The translations under genes were made by a program, and so were the position numbers. 64,000 bases of DNA from Octopus vulgaris (lineage: Eukaryota): positions 23,498,001 to 23,562,000 of the forward strand of contig OX597832.1 of NCBI GenBank assembly GCA_951406725.2. Reading direction: 5' to 3'. Below, in pieces: positions 27,824 through 41,835 of this stretch; positions within the stretch are counted from its first letter, which is position 1; each line of letters begins with the position of its first letter. Below the pieces are notes generated by a model. The model did not search any database and had not been told where the DNA came from. It saw only the letters and a list, made by a program, of their open reading frames with translations.

Positions 27824-27830
<7 letters not shown>
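27336..27830 (+). mobile_element. Penelope-like element 3' fragment: endonuclease C-terminus, 5' inversion, 3' hammerhead-like motif, (TA)n end
   Basis: Peptide LKDHNEQFNLEWLILSISISYDKGKEFCLLCNSELFFIIFSKNPLVN resembles the C-terminus of Penelope GIY-YIG domains (W-x-IL...Y...C-x-LC-x-x-E). 45-nt inverted duplication 27336-27380/27402-27446. Motif CCGAAGA-GAAGAUU...AAUCUUC-GAAA-CAUUG-UC at 27706-27787. Confidence 0.65.
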
Positions 27831-27858
<28 letters not shown>

Positions 27859-28235
27859 TGTGTCGAAGCGTTCATACCCATACACTTACACGCAGACACT
27901 CACACATATACACATATACGTGTGATTATAATTCTAGGTGCACACGATAGTATGAACGTTCCACCACGTACATATATGTGCTTTTCTAGCAGTTTTGTAT
28001 GCTCCATTATTTGAGACAAGAAATATCTAAATTGCGCCGCCGATGGCGATCCCAGATTTGCAAAGCTTTAAGCGTCAGTTGACTTTTATAACTTTAAACC
28101 CTTCCACAAAAGGAATTGGGGTTTTAGTGTAGCACCACACAGCGCAAATTTTGTGAAGGTTCTGCTAGTTGATCACCTTTACAAACAAGCAATTTAGCTT
28201 GTGCCAGAAGAGAATAGAAATATCAAACGCAAAAT

Positions 28236-28267
<32 letters not shown>

Positions 28268-28541
28268 ATTTGGCTCAAAAGCAAATAGCAAGGCCATGTA
28301 GGGGGACATGGAGTTAAGTACAGGGTGGTGTTCATGTAAAGAGTTCAGGCCACTTGAGGTCAAGGAGGCTTTGAACAAAGCGGTCGTCGGCATCTTCACC
28401 ATCTCGTCTGGCAGCTTGTTCCACGGATCCGCAACCCGGACGGAGAAAGCTCCTCTCCTTCGATTGAGATGAAATCGTCGCAGGTAGAGCTTTTCGGAAT
28501 GACCCCGCAGCCGACGCTCTGGAGCAGGAGTGAAGAACAGT
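28236..28541 (-). mobile_element. CR1-like LINE 3' fragment with (CTAA)n tail
   Basis: LFFTPAPERRLRGHSEKLYLRRFHLNRRRGAFSVRVADPWNKLPDEMV...FK, a typical CR1 ORF2 C-terminus; inserted about 27 nt downstream of the GPCR exon end at 28569. Confidence 0.85.
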
Positions 28542-28568
28542 GAAGAAATGTATTTAAAAATGACTTAC

Positions 28569-28692
28569 CCTTCCTTTCAAGATGGGGATTGCCAGTACAA
28601 AAGACAAGAACCATACAATTGTAATTACTATTCTTGCATGAGATATTGTGCACAAATATTTCGACTGCAGTGGATGCAATATAGCCATATAC
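28569..28692 (-). CDS. Rhodopsin-class peptide-type GPCR, internal exon (end of TM3 [D/E]RY, ICL2, TM4)
   Basis: Acceptor ctctttttttctttatctgacAG, donor AGG|GTAAGT; 124 nt, phase 2 to 0. Translates (R)YMAILHPLQSKYLCTISHARIVITIVWFLSFVLAIPILKGR, with class A motifs RY-x-AI-x-HP and TM4 W...P. Joins in frame to 9129-9331. Not in the ORF track. Confidence 0.93.
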
Positions 28693-29409
28693 CTGTCAGA
28701 TAAAGAAAAAAAAGAGAGGTATATATATTATTGAAGGAAGCAGAAATCAAAAAGGTACATGTCTATCTTCGTTTATCACGTTTGATTGGTCGTAAGAAAA
28801 AAATAGCCTATTATATGAATCAGTGATAAATGAATTGGTAGAAAAATGAGTTATAGGAAAACTAGGTTTCGTTCCGAGGCCTAAGTTGTCCTGAGCATCG
28901 TGTATGGTTGCTGGGGGTTCTCTCTTTTGGTCTAAGTACAATCGTTGACTGATCGTCGAGCCGTGTTATTACAGATCAGTTCGTGAAAAGCGTAACGAGG
29001 CTTACAATGAGTTATATTGGATCAGTGATGAATGGTCAATGATAAACAATGATAGATGCATATTTTTTTTATATTTTAGACTCAAACAAACAACACCAAC
29101 CACTAAAGTATTTTTAAATGGCTGCTCGTCCAACATAGCAGCGAAAGCGTCCTCAAGTCATACTGTACTGCCTTAGATATGAAAAAGACAGATATGAATG
29201 TGTAGCCAATGATATTCGATATCAGGAAACTGATTGGGCATTGTTTGGAAAGTCGTTGACCGGGCGTTGATATACTCCATCAGGACTGACTGCGAGCGAA
29301 AAGGGTTAAAAGAAGGGTAACAATAGAATTAACAACAACAACAGTAAGAATAGTAATAAAGACAACAATAAGAACAACAGCAATGGCAACTGAATAGACA
29401 GTAGTGGCG

Positions 29410-29444
<35 letters not shown>

Positions 29445-29954
29445 ATGAATAAATAGAAAAATGTAAGAGAGGAACATAAAGTGATTTTTAAGAAAGATAT
29501 TAAAATGCTGAGATTTATTGGCGAAATAAGAAAGTCTTGATGGCTTTTCTTTTTATAGAGGCGAAAGAAGAATATTTCCTTAAAGCATAAATTTAATGAT
29601 CTCGAAACGTCTGAAAAAGCTGATTTGATGTGCCAAGAACATAGCAATTTGTAAAAGAATTACGTATATATATATATAGGAACCACTGCTAAGTTGCTGT
29701 AATATATTTCGGTATTGTGCTGCTGCACTTAACTAGAACCGATGGAGAAGTCAGACGGCGGTCGCTAAAACTGCTAGAAATAGCAATGAAATCTCCTCAT
29801 GTATCACACTCTAGAATATTATATATTGAAGTAGCATATATTAAATAGTTTCGTTCCAGATACACTTGGCTAGAAAAGTAATGGACGGAAAGAGTGCTTC
29901 TGGAACCATGACTAATTCAGCTACCGTATGCTGACTGATGTAAAGTTAAGCAAC

Positions 29955-30077
29955 AACAAAATCTACTACTACCACCACCAACACCAACACAAGCATTAGT
30001 TTTGACACCGTCATCGCTACTACTACTACTACTACAACTACTACTACTACTACTACTATTACTACTACTACTACTAC

Positions 30078-30125
<48 letters not shown>

Positions 30126-30277
30126 TAATAATAATAATAATAACAACAATAATAATAATAATGATAATAATAAAACTACCATCACTACTAGTTTTACTAA
30201 TACCATCACTACTACTACTACTACCACCACCACCACAATCACCACTGCCTCCACTAGTTTCACCACCGCCATCATTG

Positions 30278-30322
<45 letters not shown>

Positions 30323-30571
30323 TAACTACTAGTTTTACCATCACCATCACTACTACTACTACTACTAAACTACCACCAACACCACTACTACCACCACTAC
30401 TTTCTCTATCATCGCAATCACTGCTACCACTACCACTACCACCAATACCACTGCCACAACTACTTTCACACCACCAACTCTACTACTACTACTAATCTAT
30501 GTTGCAAATCATTTCACTTACGTGTTATATACTACCAGAATGGCATCATTCAAGTGAAGAGTACTGCACTA

Positions 30572-30659
<88 letters not shown>

Positions 30660-30660
30660 C
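29955..30660. repeat. (CTA/TAA/CCA)n cluster followed by oppositely oriented (TAG)n
   Basis: Direct reading. Confidence 0.92.
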
Positions 30661-31215
30661 TTCTCTTTGTATAACCCCCCCTAGGTCAATTCAAATACGA
30701 TAGCCCTATGATCTGATCCATCATTCTAGAAATATTTATTCTGTCAAAATGAAAAAAAAATTCTTACAATTTAATTTTGTATTTTTTTTTCTCTTTACTT
30801 TCTACTGAAAACGAAGACAAAATAAAAAATAAATATAAATAAAAAAAATTACTAAAGATAAAACAAACGATACCAAAAATTAGAAAAAAATTCGAAGAGT
30901 TCTTCTGACCTCACCATAAACAACGATAGAGTAGGTGATGAATGCAAATTGATTTGGTTTTTTAAGTCGAAGCATTTATCGGTTATAATCAGAGATTTTG
31001 GAGGTTTTTTGGTGTTTGCGAATTTTGCAACGGTTTTTCTTTTTAAGTCGTTAGATTTGTCGTGTCCACGCATTCACACACACATTTACACACATACACC
31101 CATACATACATACATACATACATACATACATACATACATACATACATACATACATACATACATGTATACATACATACACACGAGCACGCACACACAAGCA
31201 AACGCGGACGAACGC

Positions 31216-31561
31216 AAGAAGAAGAAGAAGAAGAAGAAGAATCGAAAGAAGAAAAAGAAGAAAAAGAAGAAGAATCGAAAGAAGAAAAAGAAGAGGAAGA
31301 AGAAGAAGAAGAAGAATCGAAGAAGAAGAAGAAGAAAAAGAAGAAGAAGAAGAAGAAGAAGAAGAAGAAGAAGAAGAAGAAGAAGAAGAAGGAAGAAGAA
31401 GAAGAAAAGGAAGAAGAAGAAGAAGAAGAAGAAGAAGAAGAAGAAGAAGAAGAAGAAGAAGAAGAAGAAGAAGAAGAAGAAGAAGAAGAAGAAGAAGAAG
31501 AAGAAGAAGAAGAAGAAGAAGAAGAAGAAGAAGAAGAAGAAGAAGAAGAAGAAGAATCGAA

Positions 31562-31592
<31 letters not shown>

Positions 31593-31745
31593 AAGAAGAA
31601 GAAGAAGAAGAAGAAGAAGAAGAAGAAGAAGAAGAAGAAGAAGAAGAAGAAGAAGAAGAAGAAGAAGAAGAAGAAGAAGAAGAAGAAGAAGAAGAAGAAG
31701 AAGAAGAAGAAGAAGAAGAAGAAGAAGAAGAAGAAGAAGAAGAAT
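31216..31745. repeat. (GAA)n, about 530 nt, with recurring aatcga interruptions
   Basis: Direct reading. Confidence 0.97.
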
Positions 31746-32525
31746 ATAGCCCCACCCTTTGTGATGGTTATGATTTATTGCATCCTCCCACGCAAACCAT
31801 AAATTTTGCTTTTTTTTTCACGCGGCAAAAATTAGTGACGAAAAAAAAACTTGTTTGAGACGATGCAAAGATTCTTCCTTGCTGTTTTTGATCCAATTAA
31901 ATTTCGAAATTAAAATACCACAAATTGCTGACTGCAAGAAGACAAATAATCAGAAAGGAGGAATTTCTAAGAGCAAGCAGCGTCAAAGAATAACAACATC
32001 GTTGGTAATCCTCAATTAGCATTTGAAGACCTGTTACGGTTATCATTGCTTTCGAATGGACGACATTTGACGATGCATGTTTGTATTTTTGGTCTCTCTT
32101 GTTTTTTTTTCTTCTGCATTTTTTTTTTGCTTGTTTTTGCTTTTATAATTTATTTGTATCGTATTTTTTGTTTCGTTTCGACTTCTCTTGTTTATAATAT
32201 AATTTGAAAAAAATAACAAAAAAAAAACACAAGCTTGTTATAATCCGATTTGAAACCCGTTGTTATTATAACGCAATTACGCCCAGCTTTTTTATTGTTG
32301 TTTTGTCAACGGAACATCGAACGTTCGATTACAAAAGATTCCAATCATATGTTCGATATTTGTCTCCCATTTATTTTCTGCTTCTGTTTATATATATTTT
32401 CTTTTTAATTTTTTGTTGTTTTTTTTTTTGTTACGAAGAAAGTTTACTTGAGGTTAATCCTCAATTAGCATCGATTGTGTGTCACGTGAAATCAATAACC
32501 ATTAATGATGATGATGATGATGATG

Positions 32526-32598
<73 letters not shown>

Positions 32599-32670
32599 TA
32601 ATAATAATTAATAATAATAATAATAATGATGATGATGATGATGATGATAATAATAAATAATAATAATAAC

Positions 32671-32703
<33 letters not shown>

Positions 32704-32846
32704 AATGAGAAGAAGAAGAAGAAGAAGAAGAAGAAGAAGAAGAAGAAGAAGAAGAAGAAGAAAAGAAAAGAAGAAGAAGAAGAAGAAGAAGAAGAAGAAG
32801 AAGAAGAAGAAGAAGAAGAAGAAGAAGAAGAAGAAGAAGAAGAAAA

Positions 32847-32877
<31 letters not shown>

Positions 32878-32879
<2 letters not shown>

Positions 32880-33089
32880 TGGTGATGGCAGGATCGTTAA
32901 CATGTCGGCAAAACGCTTAACAGTGTTTCATCCGTCGCTACATTCTGAGTTCAAATTTCGCCGAGGCCGACTTTGCCTTTCATCCTTTCAGGGTTGGTAT
33001 AATAAGTACCAGTTGAGCACTGGGGACCATGTAATCGACCATGTAGTCCCCTCCACCAGAATTTCAGGCTTTGTGCCTTTAGTAGAACA

Positions 33090-33090
<1 letters not shown>
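32878..33090 (+). mobile_element. SINE family A, short-tail type ending in (ATT)n
   Basis: Same head and core; 3' end cccctccaccagaatttcaggctttgtgcctttagtagaacat(att)n. Confidence 0.8.
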
Positions 33091-33158
<68 letters not shown>

Positions 33159-33159
33159 C

Positions 33160-33310
33160 ATTCTATGTTTGACTTTTGCTTTACATTTGTACAAGTTGTC
33201 TCCAAGTCTCACCCAGAGACCTCAAGAGACAACAAGCTGGAAGTTCATGGTGTTATGCCTAGGGTGCCATATATTTGGTTTTGTACTTAGTGTTGTACTA
33301 GTGAATGTCT
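33160..33310 (-). mobile_element. Probable 3' UTR fragment of an R4/Dong-like element within (TAA)n
   Basis: Unique island between trinucleotide tracts, ending on minus ...gaggtctctgggtgagacttgg...aaaagtcaaacatagaatga(taa)n. Confidence 0.5.
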
Positions 33311-33318
33311 TTTTATTA

Positions 33319-33409
<91 letters not shown>

Positions 33410-33416
33410 TATTATT

Positions 33417-33466
<50 letters not shown>

Positions 33467-33473
33467 TATTATT

Positions 33474-33520
<47 letters not shown>

Positions 33521-33521
33521 T

Positions 33522-33553
<32 letters not shown>

Positions 33554-33566
33554 TATTATTATTACT

Positions 33567-33638
<72 letters not shown>

Positions 33639-34159
33639 GAGTGAGAGAGCAGCGCATGCAATCAAAGTGACACTTGGGATACAAATATAGAAAGCATAGT
33701 ATACCCATCATGACCATCTGTCTCATAAGGGTACAGCAATCACGTGCATCACAACCATATGTGCATGATTATTTAATACTGATGTGGATTAACAGATATC
33801 AAGGTTTATTATTTTCAAATAAAATTCTTAATACCCCCGACGCATCCAAAGAAAAAGAATAAAAGCCTCTAAAACTTTTCCTAGTTGTAACAGTAAAGAA
33901 TTAAAGAAGGATCCAGCTCCGTTAAATCGCCTAAATTACAACACACATATGGATATATATTGAAGACGTATCGTAATTAACCTCAGACTTATATTTATTT
34001 TTAAGTACTGGACTATTTAAGCATTTTACGTAGGACGAAATGAACTTATGGTTAAGTAACTAATTTTGAACTTACTGATGCGAATATTTCAGATAAGCTT
34101 TACAAGTAAAGAATATATAATAGAATTGAGAAATCTAATTAAGAGTTGGTTAATTACTG

Positions 34160-34500
34160 GATGGTTAGAGCGTCGGGCTTTACAAACGCGAGGTTGCGAA
34201 TTCGGTTCCCGGATCGGGTTGTGTGTTGTGCTCTTGAGCAAGAAATTTTATTTCACTTTGATTTAGTTCGCTCAGCTGTAGTAATGAGTTGTAAAGGCGG
34301 CGAGATGGCAGAATCGTTAGCACACCGGGCGAAACGCTCAGCAGTATTTCGTCTGCCGATACGTTCTGAGTTCAAATTCCGCTAAGGTCGACTTTGCCTT
34401 CCATCCTTTCGGGGTCGATTAAATAAGTACCAGTTACGCACTGCGGTCGATATAATCGACTTAATCTGTTTGTCTGTTCTTGTTTGTCCCTTCTCTGTTT
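34160..34500 (+). mobile_element. Partial SINE family C (34160-34295) followed by SINE family A (34296-34500)
   Basis: tRNA-like head with tgtgctcttgagcaag core, then a family A head and core truncated at (TA)n. Confidence 0.75.
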
Positions 34501-34501
34501 A

Positions 34502-34553
<52 letters not shown>

Positions 34554-34582
34554 TATATATATGTGTATGTATGTATATATAT

Positions 34583-34955
34583 GCGTGACTGTGTGGTAAG
34601 GTGCATGCTTCCCAACCACATGGTTCGGAGTTCAGTCCCACTGCACTTTGGGCAAGTGTCTTCTACTGTAACCTCGGGAGGACCAAAGCCTTGTGAGTGG
34701 ATTTGGTACAAGGAAACTGAAAGAAGACTGTCGTACATATTTCTGTGTGCGTGTGTTTCTGTCGGTGTTCGCCCCCCACCACCGCTTAATAATTTGTGTT
34801 GGTGCCCGTAAAAAAGCGGTTCAGCAAAAGTGACCGATAGAATACGTCCCAGGCTTTTAAAAATTAAATCAATATCTTCGATTCATTCGACAAGAATTCG
34901 TGAGAGCGGTGCCCCAGCATGGCTGCAGTTTAATGACTGAGACACGTTAACGATA
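34583..34955 (+). mobile_element. SINE family B, near full length, diverged
   Basis: Both halves present; ends ggtgccccagcatggctgcagtttaatgactgagac. Confidence 0.8.
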
Positions 34956-35041
34956 AGTGATGTACATACACATGCACACGCGCACACATACGCACACACA
35001 CACACACACATATATATATGTATGTATGTGTGCTTATGTAC

Positions 35042-35084
<43 letters not shown>

Positions 35085-35204
35085 TATATATACATATATA
35101 TATGCATATAAATATATGTGTGTGCCTGTATGTATTTGTATATGTGTATATATATATACATATATATATATATGTGTGCATGTATGTATTTATATATGTA
35201 TATA

Positions 35205-35262
<58 letters not shown>

Positions 35263-35295
35263 GGTTTGAAGATGATGCATAGGCATGATGTACAG

Positions 35296-35341
<46 letters not shown>

Positions 35342-35635
35342 CCGCACACACATACACAAACAGAGATACAGAGATCATAAGAAACAACTCTCAAGATAAT
35401 TATCACGATAAAATTTCTAAACAACAGAGTGAATTAACAGCACAGAGATACAATCACCTCAAATCATGTGAGCTAAAAAGAAATAAATAAATGTGTCATT
35501 ATTTAATACACAACATTTTTTATATAAGAAAAAATATACCCTTAAACATAACATGATTTTTTGTTTTATCACCAATCGTATTTTATTTTCATTCTCATAT
35601 GGGCCCTAAAGACAATAAATTACTACTACTACTAC

Positions 35636-35677
<42 letters not shown>

Positions 35678-35705
35678 TATTATTATTACTATTTCATCAA
35701 TATTT

Positions 35706-35759
<54 letters not shown>

Positions 35760-35760
<1 letters not shown>

Positions 35761-35941
35761 GGTGGCGAGCTGGCAGAATCGTTAGCACGCCGGGCGAAAT
35801 GCCTTTCGTCCGTCTTTTCGTTCTGCGTTCAAATTCCGCCGAGGTTGACTTTGCCTTACCCCCTTTCGGGGATGGATAAAACCAGCCCCTTCCCCACGAA
35901 AATTTCAGGCCTTGTGCCTTTAGCAGAAGGGATTATTGTTA

Positions 35942-35986
<45 letters not shown>

Positions 35987-36200
35987 CAATGTGCTGGCAG
36001 AACTATGAGCACGATGTCCAAATTATTAGCTGCATTTCGTCCGTTTTTTCGTTCTGAGTTCAATCTCTGCCGAGGTCGGCTTAGCATTTCATTCTTTGAA
36101 GGTCGTTGAAATAAATACGAAATCAAGTACTGGAGTCGATGTAATTGACTTCACTGTCCCAAAATTTTAGTCCTTGAGCTTATATTAGAAAACATTATTA
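35760..36200 (+). mobile_element. Two decayed short-tail SINE family A copies within (ATT)n
   Basis: 35760-35935 and 35990-36200 match the family A head, core and short tail. Confidence 0.75.
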
Positions 36201-36768
36201 TTATGAAAAATGTTCTTTGATATATGTATTGTATTCTCACATTATCCACTTGGTGCCACCAAGACACCTGAAGTAGATAACTGATATGATGTTCCAGATA
36301 CGTTAAATGTGTATATGATATCTCGGAGCGCTAGGACTGGATAATTTCTTTTTAAATTACGTGTACACGAGTGCTCAGTAAAAATGTTATAAAACTGTGG
36401 ATTTTAAGGTGGGGATAATCTAGGTAAAATGTGTGCAGTGCCCCTTAAGGATATTTTCTGCATTTTATATATCATGTTTGTACTGAGATCGTGCTTATCA
36501 ATTTTTTAATTCCTTTATTACTCCGAGTACATTTGTGACAACAGGCATCTTTGTGGTATTCATCATTCGCTCGGTTCAGCATTCGAAACCTCGATCTTGC
36601 GATCGTGAATGTACCACTCTAAACGCTAGGCCATGATCCTTCCCTAACAAACTGCTTCCCTACAAAACAATTTTTGCTGTTGCTTTATATTACATTTTAT
36701 TTCTGTCAGATCCCTTGTAGATATATTCTAGATATATTCTACTAATGCGCGTGTATGAGTGTGATGTG

Positions 36769-36803
<35 letters not shown>

Positions 36804-36992
36804 GTGCGTGTGTGTGTGTGTTGCATTTACATACCCAGCACATATATGGCACACGCATACATAGATTTGTAAGACGGCGGAGGCTCATAAAAAATATATA
36901 TATTAATACAAAACAACGGTAGCTGCATTAGCAGACAGCTTCAGAAACCATGGAAAATGTTTCTCTCTCTCTCTCTTTCTCTGTGTGTGTAT

Positions 36993-37289
<297 letters not shown>

Positions 37290-37759
37290 TGTCCAAGAAA
37301 AACAGAATGTGAAGTGGAACTTAACTGCTCCGAAGGAAAAATCTTTTGGTAACTTTTTTTAGATTCGTTTGGCTAAGGTCTTCAATCTACTTAACTTCCA
37401 ATGGGAGCTAAGTGGATTGAAACGAAAACCATCATCTATAAACGGAATGGCTAACATAGTTCTACTTGATGTCTTATTTGTAGGGCTGTTGAGTGGAGTT
37501 TTTATTAATATTGCTATAACTATTCTTAACCACTTTTTCACCGTCAGGATGTGGTAATAATTGGACTTCGAAAGACAATCTAAATTTATTTTTATGCTTG
37601 CATTCGCTAAATTAAGAAAAGCATTGCCTATGACGTCTTTTCTGCTATTACGAGACTGATTTGGGGAGATGTGTTGAATAAAACGACGATTCATGGTTTT
37701 TCCTCAACTCTACACCACATTCGATATGATTACAACAAAATCATAATTCAATCTGGCTG

Positions 37760-37945
37760 AGCCGGTTTCCATGGCGTTTAAGTGACGATATTGTACCTGA
37801 CTGGAAGGCTGGTCTGTTATTCATTTGCAGCTAAGTTGACTATAACAGCGGGAAATATAGAACACAATACATCTCCCGGTCCGGGAATCGAAACCGCGAT
37901 CTGAAGGTTGTGATCGCAAAACCTACACACTAGGCCACATGCCTT
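37760..37945 (-). mobile_element. Decayed tRNA-headed SINE related to family C
   Basis: Minus strand aaggcatgtggcctagtgtgtagg...gcggtttcgattcccggaccggg. A similar head fragment lies at about 36540-36645. Confidence 0.55.
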
Positions 37946-38056
37946 TACTGGAGATTAAGCTTCGCTAAATTGCACTCATATACACTTAGTCTAGGTTGCG
38001 ATGTTAAGCAGAGAGACCAATATTATCAAGGTCTTATTCAAATTTGCGAAAAATTC

Positions 38057-38221
38057 TGGCTGTGTGGTAAATAGCTTGCTTACCAACCACATGGTTCCGG
38101 GTTCAATCCCACTGCGTGGCACTTTGGATAAGTGTCTTCTACTATAGCCTCGAGCCGACCAAAACCTTGTGAGTGGATTTGGTAGAGGGAAACTGAAAGA
38201 AACCCGTCGTATATATGTATA

Positions 38222-38313
<92 letters not shown>

Positions 38314-38543
38314 CGTGTATGTTTGTGTGTCTGTGTTTGTCCCCCTAGCATTGCTTGACAACCGATGCTGGTGTGTTTACGTCCCCGCAACTTAGCGGTT
38401 CGGCAAAAGAGACCGATAGAATAAGTACTGGGCTTACAAAGAATAAGTCAGGGGGTCGAGCTGCTCGATTAAAGGCGGTGCTCCAGCATGGCCGCAGTCA
38501 AATGACTGAAACAAGTAAAAGAGTAAAAGAGAGTAAAGAGTAA
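38057..38543 (+). mobile_element. SINE family B, full length with internal (TA)n(TG)n
   Basis: 5' half, microsatellite, 3' half, (aaaagagt)n tail. Confidence 0.88.
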
Positions 38544-39458
38544 AATTATGATGAAAGAACCAAATGGATTTCGTCGAAGCAGTACTTGAGCGAATTTGAA
38601 CACGGGAGGTATAGAGTCTGAAGAAATCCCGCCAGATGTTTTTTCCCAACGAGTTAACAATTCTCCCACTTTGTCACCATGGTGTTATTCGGTTTACAAT
38701 ACATATAAGGCGATAACAACAGTTAACATTATTTAGTAAACAAAAATATTTTGGAAACGATATAATGGTAATTTCTGAATTATTGATCATATCTACGTTA
38801 AATTATTGTGACCGTATGATTATAACGGCATTGAGATGTTCATATATGTGAATATATCCACATATATTCACATGGTGATATACACAGCTATACTAAATTA
38901 AACATAAATTTTTACGTTGTATTTCTTATCTTTGATTATGCATGTTTCCTAACGATAATTTGCTGTTCTTAGAATGTAATTGCTTCAAGTGGACAACAAA
39001 CCAATTATACATAATGTCTAGACTAATTACTAAACATATGCAGACTCAAAAACACACACGGACACACGCATGGATACACACACGGCTACACGCACATTAC
39101 ATAGGCACAGAGACACATAGACACGCACACATAACTATATACCTGTATATATGTGCGTCTATATTTACACATATATATACACACATATATACAGCCATAT
39201 ATATATATATATACATACGCATATGCACAAATGTACATAATTGCATCACTAAGCTCTACAGCTCTAAATAATGGCATCTAAATATATTGGGGTTTTTCTA
39301 ATATATATATTCTTCTTTCGTCTGTCTTTACGTTCTGAGTTCCAATTCCGCCGAGGTCGACTTTGCCTTTCATTATGCCTTATAGGAAATATTTCAATGT
39401 CCTTTTTGTTATGTTTCATCGAAGCGTGAGATCGAAGCGTGTGTTCAAACATTGGAAG

Positions 39459-39828
39459 CACTCCGTCGGTTACGACGACGAGGGTTCCGGTTGATCCGAA
39501 TCAACGGAACAGCCTGCTCGTGAAGTTAACGTGTAAGTGGCTGAGCACTCCACAGACACGTGTACTCTTAACGGGGATATTCAGCGTGACACTGAGAGTG
39601 ACAAGGCCGGCCCTTTGAAATACAGGTACAACAGAAACAGGAAGTAAGAGTGAGAGAAAGTTGTGGTGAAAAGGTACAGCAGGGATCACCACCATCCCCT
39701 GCCGGAGACTCGTGGAGCTTTTAGGTGTTTTCGCTCAATAAACACTCACAACGCCCGGTTCTGGGAATCGAAACCGCGATCCTATGACCGCGAGTCCGCT
39801 GCCCTAACCACTGGACCATTGCGCCTCC
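39459..39828 (-). mobile_element. tRNA-derived SINE family C, variant 1
   Basis: Head ggaggcgcaatggtccagtggttagggcagcggactcgcggtc...ggtttcgattccc (A and B boxes); 3' end gtcgtcgtaaccgacggagtgc. Head-only copy at about 54572-54625. Confidence 0.85.
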
Positions 39829-40249
39829 GTTCAAACATTATTGGTAATATGTATGACAATACAGAGATATTACAAATCCCTCTTTTCTGAATATGGGTAA
39901 TACCATGATGAGTTCGAATCGCATGAGTAGGATGTTTCCCAGTGTATAATATTTATTTTCATTTGTATTCATATTTACGTGGCTTCCTCACTTAACGCTG
40001 TTCCATACACACTAAATTTAACCCTTATAAATACAATAATTTAATTATTCATAGCTTATGCACTGGCGTACTTAGGATACATTGTGGTACCTTTAGCACA
40101 GATATATCTCTAGAACTTCTATATGCGTTTATGTGTATGCATTTGCGAGTATAAGCGAGCGCACGTGCGTACTTATGCATGTTTATATCTGTGTGTACGT
40201 ACATATATATACACACACACACATATATATATATACATATATACATACA

Positions 40250-40280
<31 letters not shown>

Positions 40281-40398
40281 TTATATTTATATAACTATAT
40301 ATATATAAACATACATATATATATGAATATACACATATATATATGTATATATATATATACATATATATGTATGTGAGTAGGTATACGTATAGATACGA

Positions 40399-40443
<45 letters not shown>

Positions 40444-41212
40444 CTTACATAACTATAGGCATACAATATATATACATAAATATACATAAAATATGTATAT
40501 AGTTATATTTAACTTTATCATCAGTTACTTTATATTTCCTATTATTTCCGGTACAAATATCATTTTCATTTACATTTTCGATGTAAGTGTAATGTTTCAT
40601 AATATATTCCTACTTTATTTATTTCACACGCGTTTTTCTATGCATATATTTCTCGTTATCATAGACACACATCTCTTTATTATAATATATATAACTTCTC
40701 CTCCGTTAAGTCACATTTCATACATACATATAATATGTGTGAGTGTATGTCTGTGTGTGTGTGCGTTTATATCTCATATTAAATCTTTCGTTATATGCAT
40801 CGGTTTTTCTATCTATTTTTCCATTATTATTGAGTATAATGTGTACATTATATATGTGCAACATATATGTGCTGAGAAATGAAGTATCAGAAATATGTAT
40901 AATATTTATCGATTAATTTCGATAATATATATCGATTCGATATTACATATCTTCTGTCGTTTGTGATATAAGTTCTTTTATTAATAAATATTCAATTACT
41001 TCCTATTACCAATTTTATTTCCTTTATGCGTTTTGTAACTTATTTTATTTATTTAAAATTATTATTATCACTATTATTATTATTGTTGTTGATATTGTTA
41101 TTTTTGTTGTTGTTGCTGCTGTTGTTATTACCATTATTTTCCTTATTGTTGTTGCTCAGGTGGTTGTTATTATTTTAGTCATTATTATTATCATTATTAT
41201 TATTATTATTAT

Positions 41213-41271
<59 letters not shown>

Positions 41272-41470
41272 TTTTTTATGTTTTATATTTACGTTTTCTT
41301 GTGTATAATGGTTGTTCGTGTTATTGCTTTCATTTCTGCTTCACATCCATGTGCAGACTATCTTTAAGTATATAGGGATGTATCTGTGCATGTACTCATG
41401 TATATGGCAATGTATATAATTAGAAGTATAAGCAAACATTATACATCCATTCCTACATATGCATATATAC

Positions 41471-41513
<43 letters not shown>

Positions 41514-41613
41514 TGCATGTATGTATATGTGTGTATATATATATATATAATTATGAATATATAATTACATGATAATTATATATATATATGAATGTATACA
41601 TATATATAGACAG

Positions 41614-41835
<222 letters not shown>

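Larger units (their letters stand above)
32504..33638. repeat. (TAA/TGA/GAA/ATT/ATC)n cluster with embedded retroelement pieces
   Basis: Direct reading. Confidence 0.92.

Noticed and set aside
37359-37694. 111-aa ORF with faint retroelement-like wording
   Set aside because: No diagnostic motif I can verify.
39760-39828. tRNA genes at SINE heads (also 54572, 55543)
   Set aside because: No complete cloverleaf, and most continue into SINE bodies; these are tRNA-derived heads.
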